From: Octopus bimaculoides
Taxonomy: Eukaryota
Length of the DNA stretch: 64,000 nucleotides
Direction of reading: 5' to 3'
Assembly (NCBI RefSeq): GCF_001194135.2
Contig: NC_068993.1
Span: 3,626,986-3,690,985 of the forward strand
This document shows positions 12,898 to 24,428 of the stretch, one piece after another (the stretch's first letter is position 1; the number at the start of each line of letters is the position of its first letter). The notes beneath the pieces are model-generated. The model had not been told where the DNA came from and searched no databases. It worked only from the letters and a program-made list of their open reading frames with translations. Position numbers and translations under genes: made by a program.

Positions 12898-13664
12898 TGA
12901 AATCACGAGCAAAATAATTCCTAAATAGTTATGTTTCTTTGAAAATACTAATAATTTTGTCGTTGTCGAGTAAATGGTAAATAACCCCATGTTGATATCA
13001 TACACAAACATAAATAACAACTTACCTTAATTCTAGTATATTTTCTTTAGCACTAGACTTCGATGCCAATTACCAGAAAAGTCGACATACAAACAATATT
13101 ACTTTCTTAGAGTAAGAACGTTTCGTATTTTCATGATAATTAGTTATTAATTCCAATGCTCCAGGGAATATAGAATGTTTATCGGGTTTACTGATAAAAG
13201 AATACGTTTAATGAAATCCCACATGACAATAGTTAAGAAGAATCTAGATTTTTGCTTTCCTAAAGATTGGAAACCTATTCCAAAATATTTTGATTTTATC
13301 CTGTTTTTCCAATTGAACAGTTTTTTCTTTCTTTTTGTTAGATTAAGTCGAAGTATTCTGAAATAGGTAGAACTGAATCTCATTTAGATAAATATGATCT
13401 AATACCCATTTATAGAGTAAAGCTGTTAGGCTGTATAATGAGGTATAGAAAAATGGAAAAATGGAGGGAAAACTGCAACTTATGACTGATACTTTAGTTG
13501 GTAGGACTTCACTCCGAATAAAAGCCGAACCATTTGTCACCTTGGAAATCTGTGGAATGCAATCTAAGATTCCTTAGACTGGCAGGCTCATTTTAACAAT
13601 TAGTAGTTGTAGCAAACGTGTAGACATTTGCTACAGGTTGTAGGATTTGGTATTAGATACAGAA

Positions 13665-13835
13665 GTAGGCAGCGAGTAGGCAGAACCGACCAAAATGCTT
13701 TGTTGCATTTCGTCTGTTTTGAGGCCTTTCATCTTTTCGGGGTTCATAAAATAAATACCAGTTCAGTACCGGAGTCGATGTAATCGGCTTAAACCCCACG
13801 CCTGCACTTACTGGCTTCGTGCCATAATTTAAAAC
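13665..13835 (+). mobile_element. Family A SINE, internally deleted
   Basis: GGCAGCGAGTAGGCAGAA...GCCTTTCATCTTTTCGGGGTTCATAAAATAAATACCAG...GTCGATGTAATCGGCTT. Confidence 0.8.
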
Positions 13836-13847
13836 TGATATTTAACT

Positions 13848-14055
13848 TGGCGAGCTGAGCGAAGCGTTAGAACGCCGGGCGAAAATATTTAGCGATATTT
13901 CGTCCGTCTTTACGTCCTGAGTTGAAATTCCATCGAAGTCAACTTTGCCCTTTCATCCTTTCGGGATTGATAAAACAAGTACCGATTACTCACTGGGGTC
14001 GAGGTACCCGACTTCCCCCCCCCCTCTGAAATTGCTGGCGTTGTGCCAGATATTT
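13848..14055 (+). mobile_element. Family A SINE, near full length
   Basis: GGCGAGCTGAGCGAAGCGTTAG...GAGTTGAAATTCC...CCTTTCATCCTTTCGGGATTGATAAAACAAGTACC...GAAATTGCTGGCGTTGTGCC. Confidence 0.85.
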
Positions 14056-14540
14056 GTGAGTGCTCGCGTGTGTCTTTGTGTATGTCTTCGTCCTCGTCTT
14101 CACTACTTAAGAAACTGTGTTCCTTTGTTTACATCCCCATAACGTTGCAGTTCCACACACACACAAAAGAAGGAACGAGTACGAGGTTTAAAATTAAGAC
14201 GGGGATTAACTGGTTCGAGTGAATCCTTCATCACGGAGACCAAATGTGGCCGCAAGCCAATGACAAAAACTGAAAGATAATATGCACACACACACACACA
14301 CACACACAAATACAAACACTGAGGTTTGTGTGAGTATACATATATAAGTCAAATTTTGGATCAATATTTGCACATTTAATTAAAGGAGTAGAAGAGAATC
14401 ATTTACAGTAATGTGTAAAATATTCCACCGCTCTGCCTGCCTGACAGTCTGTGTCCCCGAAACCTGTTGCTCTCTCCACTCGTTTGTATACATTTTAGGT
14501 TAACAATACAAACAAAAATATCAATACATAATCCCAGTCT

Positions 14541-14590
<50 letters not shown>

Positions 14591-14694
14591 CATATAAAAT
14601 ATAATGACCTACAAATATATATTCACACGAAATGCATACACTCATAGAAACATGTATATATGCATACATGCATATACACACAACACACTCATAT

Positions 14695-14741
<47 letters not shown>

Positions 14742-15366
14742 CATTCATACATATATATGCATGCATGTATATGTATACGCATAAATACAGGTGCGTGCGC
14801 GCACGCATATTCATTAATTCAAAACTGAAGATTCACTCCACCTCTGTGAGTTTCCTGACTCTTGCATATTCTTCCGGTTGCCTTGAAGAACGTGCAAGAC
14901 ACAGGAAACTTAGACGTGTGTATTTAAATTTCGCTCTCTCACTCTATCTTTCTCTCTTTCTTTCATTTTCTCCCTCTCTTATTCTCTCTTGTTTTAACTT
15001 TTTCTCGTTTGGTGGCTGTCTCAATCTCTATATATCTCTGTCTCTGGCTCTGTCTCTCTTAACCACATTCTCTTTAGCTCCTCTCCATAGTCTCTCTGTC
15101 ATCACAGCCTGTCTACTTGTCGGTCGCTCTCTCTCTTTCTAACTCTCTCTCTGTATGTATATATATATATTTCGCTATGTCAGTCTCTATCTACTTGTCT
15201 TTCTATCTATCTCTCTGTTTATGTCTGACTCTGCCTCTTTCTTTCACTCTTCCTCTTTGTCTTGTAGGGTTTACATGCGTTGATTTTCTGAGATGCTTCA
15301 AATATGAAGGAATGAACGCACTCTGTTTCATTTCTTGCTCACGCTATTCTGTTTCTCCTATGAATA

Positions 15367-15768
15367 GGCGCAGGAGTGACTGTAGTAAGTAGCATGCAAA
15401 CCAAACACATGGTTCCGGGTTCAGTCCCACTGCGTGGCACCGTGGATAAGTGGCTTCTATTATAACCTCGGGCCGACCAAAGCCTTGTGAGTGGATTTGG
15501 TAGACGGAAACTGAAAGAAGCCCGTCGTATATATATATATATATATATATGTGTATGTATATGTTTGTGTATCTNNNNNNNNNNNNNNNNNNNNNNNNNN
15601 NNNNNNNNNNNNNNNNNNNNNNNNNNNNNNNNNNNNNNNNNNNNNGGCAAAAAAGACCGATAGAATAAGTACTAGGCTTACAAAGAATAAGTCCTAGGGT
15701 CGGTTTGCTCGACTAAAGGCGGTGCTGTAGCATGGCCGCAGTGAAATGACTGAAACGAATAGAAGAAT
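15367..15768 (+). mobile_element. Composite CORE-type SINE: tRNA head + CORE + (TA/TG)n + gap + second domain/tail
   Basis: Head and CORE as at 4258. After the gap: GGCAAAAAAGACCGATAGAATAAGTACTAGGCTTACAAAG...GGCCGCAGTGAAATGACTGAAAC. Same module order inverted at 38412-38843. Confidence 0.85.
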
Positions 15769-16073
15769 ATGTGTGTGTTTATGCATATACATATACATAT
15801 ATATATATATATATANNNNNNNNNNNNNNNNNNNNNNNNNNNNNNNNNNNNNNNNNNNNNNNNNNNNNNNNNNNNNNNNNNNNNNNNNNNNNNNNNNNNN
15901 NNNNNNNNNNNNNNNNNNNNNNNNNNNNNNNNNNNNNNNNNNNNNNNNNNNNNNNNNNNNNNNNNNNNNNNNNNNNNNNNNNNNNNNNNNNNNNNNNNNN
16001 NNNNNNNNNNNNNNNNNNNNNNNNNNNNNNNNNNNNNNNNNNNNNNNNNNNNNNNNNNNNNNNNNNNNNNNNN

Positions 16074-16122
<49 letters not shown>

Positions 16123-16877
16123 TATTTTCTGTGACGCGCTAACGATTCTGCCGCTCGCCACCTTCGTAATAATAATAATGATAATAAAGACGATGATGAT
16201 GATGACGACGACGATGGTGATGATGATGTTTACAGTGGTGGTGGTGCCTATGCTGTTGATGATGTTTTCATAACACCCGAAACATATTACTTTATAAAAC
16301 GTCTTCTGACGATTTGATGGCGGTTATATGAATCTATGCACTATGACAATTACTTTACGTATACACTGTAGAATTAGGTTCGTCTAAGATTACATAATTG
16401 AATCTGATACTGATACTGGTGCTGATGCTGATGCTAAAACTATGTAATCTCATTAAACATATTCCTTTTGATGACAGCCATGTGCACGGCTTCTACAAAT
16501 GGTTTTCAATAATTGATTCTACTTGAAAGGCGAGGGTTATTTTTCCTTTCACTTACATGCTATATAATTTGGTGCTCGCAATTTACTGCAGTTCTCCTTT
16601 AATTCTTACTCTTTATTTGATTTCACCCTTATTCATATTTTTTTTTTTGTGAGATTTTAATCTTCGTCATTTACTTTATATTAATCGTTGTTTTATGTAT
16701 CTATCGATCACTTTATTTATTTCTCCGTATACGTGTGTGCGTCCGCATGCAAGTGTTAGATGAATAAAGTGCCACAGATCACACACGCATACACACACAT
16801 ATATAAACATATGTACATTCAGATATACATACATGTACATATACATGTGTGCGTATTTTTTTTTATTTTTTTTTTAT

Positions 16878-16912
16878 AGTTTCAGCTTAGAGCTGCGGCC
16901 ATGCTGATGCAC
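16878..16912 (-). mobile_element. Short tail fragment of the composite SINE
   Basis: GTTTCAGCTTAGAGCTGCGGCCATGCTGATGCACC matches the reverse complement of the 15720-15760 tail. Confidence 0.55.
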
Positions 16913-17886
16913 CATATGTACTTTCGTATATATATATATATGTACATATGTGTATGTAGTACTTCTGTAAGTATATATCTATACAATGATTTCAAAGAGG
17001 GACATTAACTGCTTTTTTTCTTCACAAAATATAAAGATTATTTTATATCTATCTATTTATATGTTTACCAATCCATCTTTCTATACACTTATCTTTGTGT
17101 CTACACAGGTTCGCCTAACCAGAAGTAAGTTCATTATAAATCTGCCTACGTTGGTTCAGTTCCCAAACACCAAAAACAGGACAGCTTCTTCAGCATCTCG
17201 ACTGCATCCATTAATCTGGTTATCTAAAGAAAAGTTGATTAATATGGGTATTCCTTGGCAACTATTTTTTGGTAGCTTACTCTTTTCGACGCAGGGTAAC
17301 ATTTTGGATTTAAAAACGTACGAACAAATAGTCATTCACATGTTGAATTGCACCATATACATACATATATACATGCTTACATACATCGATAAAGATATTT
17401 ATGTATGTATATACATATAATCCACGGATCAAAGTGTAGGGAGACAGTTAACTTCATGCAATCCGTATTAAATATAAAAACAACTTTCGGGGGTGATAGT
17501 GGTTTATTGAGACGGCAGGTTGTGGGTGTTTTTCGTATCGAAGTACGATAAACTGAGAAAAGTTCTTTTTACATTTGACGGTAAGCGACCAGGGTTGCCA
17601 GGTGTGCGAATAAGAATACAAGAGTTACGGAATGGAGTAGATGCGATCCGGGTTACATATGCTTCAAAACGAGCGGAACCTCGAAAGTGACAAATATCCA
17701 AACGAGGTATATACCGCAGAGTTCTCTTCAGGCGCAGGATTTCTTGATTAAATAAAAGTTTACATCGTGACAGGGAGGTACATGAATGGTTCAGTCAGAA
17801 CATATACAGGGTGCGTATGGTATTTGAGGACATACCTTTTTTTGGACACTGCTGCATATTTGCTAACTCTGTACAATCATATATAA

Positions 17887-17922
<36 letters not shown>

Positions 17923-18779
17923 TAATACTGTTCCTTCTGCCAGCCGGAGCAGCTGTGCATTATGCAATAGACTTTGCAAATCTTTGGCCGAGCTCAAACG
18001 TCATACAAGGGCCTCACATTGCATTATCTATGACTCATTTCAGTGATTCTTTTTAGCGATAACTTTCGTCGTATACGAGAAAGCAGCTACTATGTGTGTA
18101 TATATGGTTATATGTATGCATGTATGCAGATGGGGAGGTATGTATGTATGTTCATGTGAGTGAGTGAGTGATACGTATATATGTGAGTAATGCGATTTTC
18201 AAGTATGGTCCATAATGATTTTATTTCGCAATATGCCAATCTTTTTACAATGATGACTTGAAAAAAACAACCTAAGGTTGTTTAATAAGATCTGCTATGA
18301 TAATGGAAAAAATTCCAGTGACTGTGATTTGAAAAAGTGATTGGACATCAAAGATACTGCAAACTGCATTGCATTACATCAAAAATGTAATACATGCTGC
18401 AGTCATACTCAGCGAACAAGACAAATAAAATGATGCCAATTTGTAAATGTCACTGAAGTTGATGCTAGCGTGGACGAGGACGATGAAACATGAAGCGAAA
18501 CTATAAAAGGTACATCCTGACTTATTCCTTTTAACTTGTGACATCCGTGATGTGTCTATTAAGAACAACTAGATAGGGAATAATTCCAAATACTATCTGT
18601 CAACATAATGATTTCACACACACGCGTGTAAGTGTATGTATATATGGGAACACACATGTATGTATGTATGCATGTATGTATGTATATCTATCTATCTATC
18701 TATAGTTAAGCTCCAGGTTCGGTGATTATGTGAATAAGAAGTCCAACGTAGCTCAGATATCAACATGTGTATATATATT

Positions 18780-19055
18780 TTTTTTTCAGAATCAGATAAA
18801 GAACCAAGGCTGTGAAGAGTTTATAACATTTATATATAGAAGGTCTTACAGCTGTTACCGTGATATTTTTGATATCCCTTCATCGGAGACGGTGTGAGAA
18901 AATGGTTAAGCAATAGTTATTTTAGATAAGGTACGAAATAGTGAGTGAAATGGAGGAATGAAAATAGATGTGAGATATGCAGGGATATTGCATTTGTAGA
19001 TCCATTATTTAGGTAGAATGGTATGCATATAAGATTCCAGTACCTTGTGAGTAAA
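18780..19055 (-). mobile_element. Penelope-like element pseudo-LTR remnant
   Basis: Contains the GTCT-CCGATGA...AACAGCTGTAAGAC motif typical of Penelope-like pLTRs. Boundaries approximate. Confidence 0.6.
18843..18890 (-). ncRNA. Decayed minimal type I hammerhead ribozyme motif
   Basis: Minus strand: GTCT-CCGATGA-AGGGATAT(CAAAA)ATATCACG-GTAAC-AGCT-GTA-AGAC. Stem I GTCT/AGAC, stem II GATAT/ATATC, palindromic stem III ACAGCTGT and GUA cleavage triplet are present. Core CUGAUGA is changed to CCGAUGA and GAAA to GUAA. Confidence 0.6.
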
Positions 19056-20519
19056 ATCCAATAGTATTTAAAATTGGTCACTCCAAGTATAGAGTTTGTG
19101 GATTGCGTTTCATACGACTAATTCCTCTAGAAAATAAATTTAAAAGATATCTATAATTCAGAACCCAATATGTTTCATAATGATTGTAAGCGTGTGGTTT
19201 CGAACCTAATTACTCGTACAAACAACGAAGCCGCATAATGGCAAATCAAACGGTGATAAACAACAGCCAAATATATCTCAAATATTGCCCTCCGAATATT
19301 GCCTCATAATTGAATTAAGTCACATTTGGCAGTATAGGCCTTCAAACAATTTAAGACGAGATGGTCAAGGATGTAGTGGTTTTGTTTATAGATTTACTCA
19401 GCATGGGGTTAAATAACAAAAACAACAGCCATATATTATTCGATTATAGCTAATTTGACATGGACAGAATGCAGAAACTGTGACAAGAAACGCTTGATCG
19501 TTTTAGCAATGCTGTATACCCGCTTCCCAGGCCATCTGGCCTCTGTCAATGTAAGTACTAAGTTACATTAGATTTTAGTATTTTATTTAACAGTGCATAC
19601 GTTAACAGTCGAATAGCTTCATCTCTGTCCCTACACATCATTACCTGTTTATCTATGCGAAACCATTAGATTCGTTTCAGTAAAGACAACCCTCTCTTGG
19701 GGATCTGTTGCGGTTCTCCAGTTTCTGCTGCAAATAGAGTCGAATTAACAATTCTTTCGAGTCATCAAACCATTGATCAGCTTTGTGGTGTCAGCGAAAT
19801 ATATACATCTCATTAAGATCCAGGATTGGATAAGGCATGGATATATTATATCGAGCTATGTCACATGTTGTCTCTCATTCGATTACTGTGTGTGCTCACC
19901 ACACCCACTTTACATTTTATCCATTTTCTAAACTAAGTATTTTTCATGAATTTCAACTTACAAGCAGTTTTTCTCAATATCTCTCTATGTGTAAATATAT
20001 GTACATGCGTGTGTGTGTGCATGTGTGTGTGCATGTGTGTCTGCCCGTGTCTGTGCCCGTGTGTGTGTAAGTATGTATGTATGTATGAATGTATGTATGT
20101 GTGTGTGTTTCAAAGGCGGAGGTAATAATAATAAGTTCTACTCATGAATTTTTTAATGAATAACATGAGACCTTTTGGTTTTCTCTTCTCTCAAATTCCG
20201 GCCTTCCTTAAGTATTCTTGTTTTAGATCGAAGTATAGATGTATGTATATATCTAAGTATACTGTAAAGTGTTAATATATATGTATATTATATATATTAT
20301 AAAGATATGTTAGTTTTATTTAATTCTGAACGGTTTTGCTGCCGTTTGTTCATGTAGTTTAATTTCTTTATCCATCATTATCTACTAAGATAGAGACGCG
20401 AGTAAAATTAATAATAGAGAAACGAAAATAAAGCTTTGGAAACACCTTAAAGGGAGATAATTGAGAAAGATTTGAAAGTGAACGTACGATCGTAATCATA
20501 TAAAGTAAAGTAAATATTA

Positions 20520-20708
20520 CAAATAATCCAGAATCCTTGTCCGGTACCGGATCGATCCCCAAATCTAATCTGTTCGTACCAGTCGCGAGGCCAAACATGC
20601 CTGAAAAATTTCATCGGAATTCATCCAGCGGTTCTTGAGATATATTGTCCACAGAAAAACAAACACGACTGAAAACAATACTTACGCCTTCGCTAAGGTG
20701 GAGGTAAT
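20520..20708 (-). mobile_element. Helentron/HINE-like non-autonomous element, terminal fragment
   Basis: Terminal imperfect hairpin ACTTACGCC-TTCGCTAA-GGTGGAGGT (20680-20705), plus the AAATTTCATCGGAATTCATCC...TTCTTGAGATAT...ACAGAAAAACAAACACG body typical of such elements. Family assignment is inference. Confidence 0.55.
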
Positions 20709-20715
20709 AATAATG

Positions 20716-20768
<53 letters not shown>

Positions 20769-20782
20769 TATGATAATAATAA
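20706..20782. repeat. (ATA)n microsatellite
   Basis: Read directly. Confidence 0.95.
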
Positions 20783-20931
20783 TACTTTCTAATATAGGCA
20801 CAAAGCCTGAAATTTCGGGGAGGGGACTAGTCGTTTAAATTAACCCCAGTGTTCAACTATTACAAGGGCGGACGAAATGCCGGAAAGCACTTTGTCCGGT
20901 CTACTAACGATTCTTCCCGCTCCCCGCCTTA
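20783..20931 (-). mobile_element. Family A SINE with large central deletion
   Basis: Reverse complement has head GGCGGGGAGCGGGAAGAATCGTTAG...GGCATTTCGTCCG joined to tail GAACACTGGGGT...GAAATTTCAGGCTTTGTGCCTATATTAGAAAG. Confidence 0.8.
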
Positions 20932-21440
20932 GTAATAATAATAAGAAGAAGGAAGAGGAGGAGGTGATTATGATGATGAAAAATGAAAAAAAAAAAGAAA
21001 AATGGGTGGGGTGGGGGAAGAAAGACACAAGTAAATACCATAGTGTAATTACCAGATAGACAAAAATACTGCACACTTTGTTTTATGATTTTTCATCACC
21101 AAATGAAGTATATGAATAATTAATGAATGTAAGAAATCCTGCTAATTATATTTCCACAAAATTGAAAAACTTGGTTTATTTTAATCAAATGAATTCATAA
21201 ATTCTTCACAAAGCTGGAATTATATTAACAACTTTGCTTTATTAGACGGTTCTTTTATTTAGATATTGCCGCAGGTGCCTGATTATTTAAAGTAGCAACG
21301 GTTATACTGGCGAACTGTTAGACATCGATGTTTCGGTGCTTATTCTTAGGTAAAGACAATTATTTCACATTTAACCTCTTGAAACCATTTCAACGTAACT
21401 ATCAGAAGGTGACATGACCTGTTGTTGCTATGGAGTTTTA

Positions 21441-21615
21441 GGTGTGGAGGCGCAATGGCCCAGTGGTTAGGGCAACGGACTCGCGGACATAGGGTCGCAG
21501 CTTCGATTCCCAGACAGGGCGTTGTGAGTGCTTATTGAGGGAAAACACCTAAAGCTCCACGAGGCTCCGGCAGAGGCCGGTGGCGAACCTTGCTGCATTC
21601 TTCCACCACCTTGTT
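21441..21615 (+). mobile_element. tRNA-derived SINE, family C, 5' part
   Basis: A-box TGGCCCAGTGG and B-box-like GCTTCGATTCC in a tRNA-like head, followed by a non-tRNA body (GAAAACACCTAAAGCTCCACGAGGCTCCGG). Confidence 0.75.
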
Positions 21616-23104
21616 CAACTCACATAACACTTACACCAACCCCTACTGGTTTACCGTCGTTTTCCACATCTTGCATTATTCACCCTCACTACATCTCTTC
21701 CACATTTCATTTTATTTTGTATTAGGTCTTTCACACACTGAGTATATTTTAGCTGGCTTTTAGTATCTGGACACAAACATGAAAGAGGGACTTCAGACTG
21801 TGTAATCCCTAACACAAATCAACTCATCGTTCTTTTCTATACACTTTCCTGCCTTCTAATTTACTGATGAATACAATTGATTAACTGAAATATAATTGCG
21901 GTTTGAGTTTTTATGGTAGTGAAAACAGGTAAACCTCTGCCTCTTTGTATACATAAAGCTTCTGTATACCATATCCCTCTTCACATTGCAAGCATTTATC
22001 CAGTCTCAGCGATGATTACTGTATTAAGAGCTTTTATCATATTTTGGGCTATGTGTCGTAGTATATTATTATCAAATCAGAGTGTGCTAAAAAGATATTT
22101 AACTAATTCTGGTACGTAACATTCAAAACTTTAGCAAGCCAACTTCTACAATGCAAACACTCAAATTATACACCCTTAGATTTGACGAAAGTGCAATATA
22201 TAAATATAACATTCTCAATACTGAAGATATGAGATGGCCAAAAGCACATCACATTCATGTGATTATTCGACATCTCAGATTTTTTAATGCAATATGTCCA
22301 TGCAAAATAATACGTCTTTAATAACACACGTCACCTCGCTGTAAATAGACACAAAAACCTATAACGCTATAGGTTTTTGTTTTTATTATACTACGACTAT
22401 GAGTTTTCTCTGCTCATTAACTCTGACGTGCTATGTTCAGTTTTTTTTTTTTATCTTAGTATACTTTTCTAGCGTAAGTCTGATTTATTTCAGTGTTGCC
22501 CCTATGACATTGTTCATGGCAGAAATCTTCATTTATTTCCAAGACTATTCTCAGAATAAACCATGTAACAAATCTGGTAATTATTCTCAGCACTTAAAGT
22601 AAACCATGAACACGTACATTTCAAGTATTGCACCAGAAGACACAAAGATATATAAACAGCTGATTAAAAACCCACATTGGAACATATATAAACAGGTTAC
22701 CTTAACATGGTTTATACGTTCACTACTTCACTATTACATTCTTATGAAAGAGACTGGCAAGGAAATTAGCTACTTTGGCTACTAGTTGTAGTTTTCATCA
22801 ATGAAAAACTATTTATTTTATATATTTCTTCAAGATCTATCATATATTCAAGTAGTCCAATACAGGCGGCATTCACACATTCAAGTGGATAAGTGTATCT
22901 CGCAGCACTTTTTATATCTGCAATAAAGCTTTACTCCCTAACGAAACAAGATTCTCTATGGCATTATCTGTAGGTCTATGTGTATGTATATATGCGTTTG
23001 TTTTAACATACATACATAACTACATATATCCATCCAAACATACACAATCGTATTTAGGTATATATATTTATAAGTGTGTGTATGTATGTATGTATGTATG
23101 TATG

Positions 23105-23174
<70 letters not shown>

Positions 23175-24214
23175 TGCCAATTTATTATGTGTGTTCTCTA
23201 TTATCTCTATTCTTTCTAATCTGTCTTTCCTAAATTAAATAAACGTTTACTATGTTATGCGTAATTAGGCAGACATACAGATCTTCGTATGCGTCTCTGT
23301 ATTCAATGATAATATGTGTGTATAAAAGTACATACACACATATATATAAGTGTATATGGTCAGTCGGGTGTATATATATATATATATATATATATATGCG
23401 TGTGAGTATGTTTATAATCTCACGCATTTACAAATATAGTTACATGCAATCGATATTCATATTTGTGTATATAATTTAAACACATCGAATGGCAGAGTGG
23501 TAGAGTTCTTAAAACAGAATCCAAGTGCCTTTCTTTCACATGTAAATAAAATAGGAGAAATAGGTAACCAGAAGAAGAGTTCTAAGTGTGCAATAAAGAA
23601 AACAAAAATGATAGTGAAAACACTTTCGAAAAATCTATAAGCAACCAGGATTGCATGAGTTCACATACCTAACATCAACAACACACAAAATCAAGTACAC
23701 ACACCAGAGGCCTTCAGGAACACACATGTATATAGCACAATTCCTTTCAAATGGTTACTATATCGGCACTTTCTTTTTCCTAAACTTTCTACAAATAACT
23801 ACTATGTTGAATAGTATTACTGATGTGAAGATATTTTAGTACTTTTCTAGAAATTGGAATTTTGGTAACAAAAAAAAATTCTCCTACAACTGGGCTTTTT
23901 CAAAGATATATTTAAATATGTAAGGATATATTGTATTGACGAGTCTGTTTTCTTTATTTTTTCTTTGAATATATTCATTTATTTGTTGATATCGCTTTTC
24001 ATATAACACACGATATTCGAACCCCCACAGAGAAAGCGTGAAAAAGCTTTACCACTTCACATCCATCTTCCAAGATTATGAGTGATTGGTCTCATCTGTT
24101 TATACGATTCGTTTCTTTCTAGGTTCCTTTTCACGTCTTCCACAGAAAACGAAGTTGATACTTGGCCTCTGTATAAAGATATAGATATATCAATAATTAT
24201 CTTAAAAGAGGACT

Positions 24215-24428
24215 AAAGCGGCGAGTTGGCCGAATCGTTAGCATGCCGGAGAAAATACTTAGTGGAATTTCGTTCGTCTTTACACTCCGAATAAAAATTC
24301 GACTGTGGTCGAATTTGCATTTCAACCTATTGGGGTTGATAAAATAAGTATCAGTTGAACACTAGGGTCGATGGAATCGACTAACGTATCCCCGTAAATA
24401 ACTCTCCTTGTTTCAAATTTGAAACCAT
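24215..24428 (+). mobile_element. Family A SINE, diverged full-length copy
   Basis: GCGGCGAGTTGGCCGAATCGTTAGCATGCCGG...GGGGTTGATAAAATAAGTATCAG...GTCGATGGAATCGACT...AAATTTGAAACC. Confidence 0.85.

Noticed and set aside
17588-17602. CAGGGTTGCCA as a hAT terminal inverted repeat
   Set aside because: No inward-facing partner or 8-bp TSD found in the window.
18330-18540. Acidic pogo/Tigger-like peptide with stops (LDIKDTANC...VTEVDASVDEDDET)
   Set aside because: Too short and degenerate to assign without a search.
21449-21525. tRNA-like sequences at SINE heads (also 4258, 15367, 29847, 53660)
   Set aside because: A/B boxes are present but there is no complete cloverleaf, and they run into SINE bodies; not tRNA genes.
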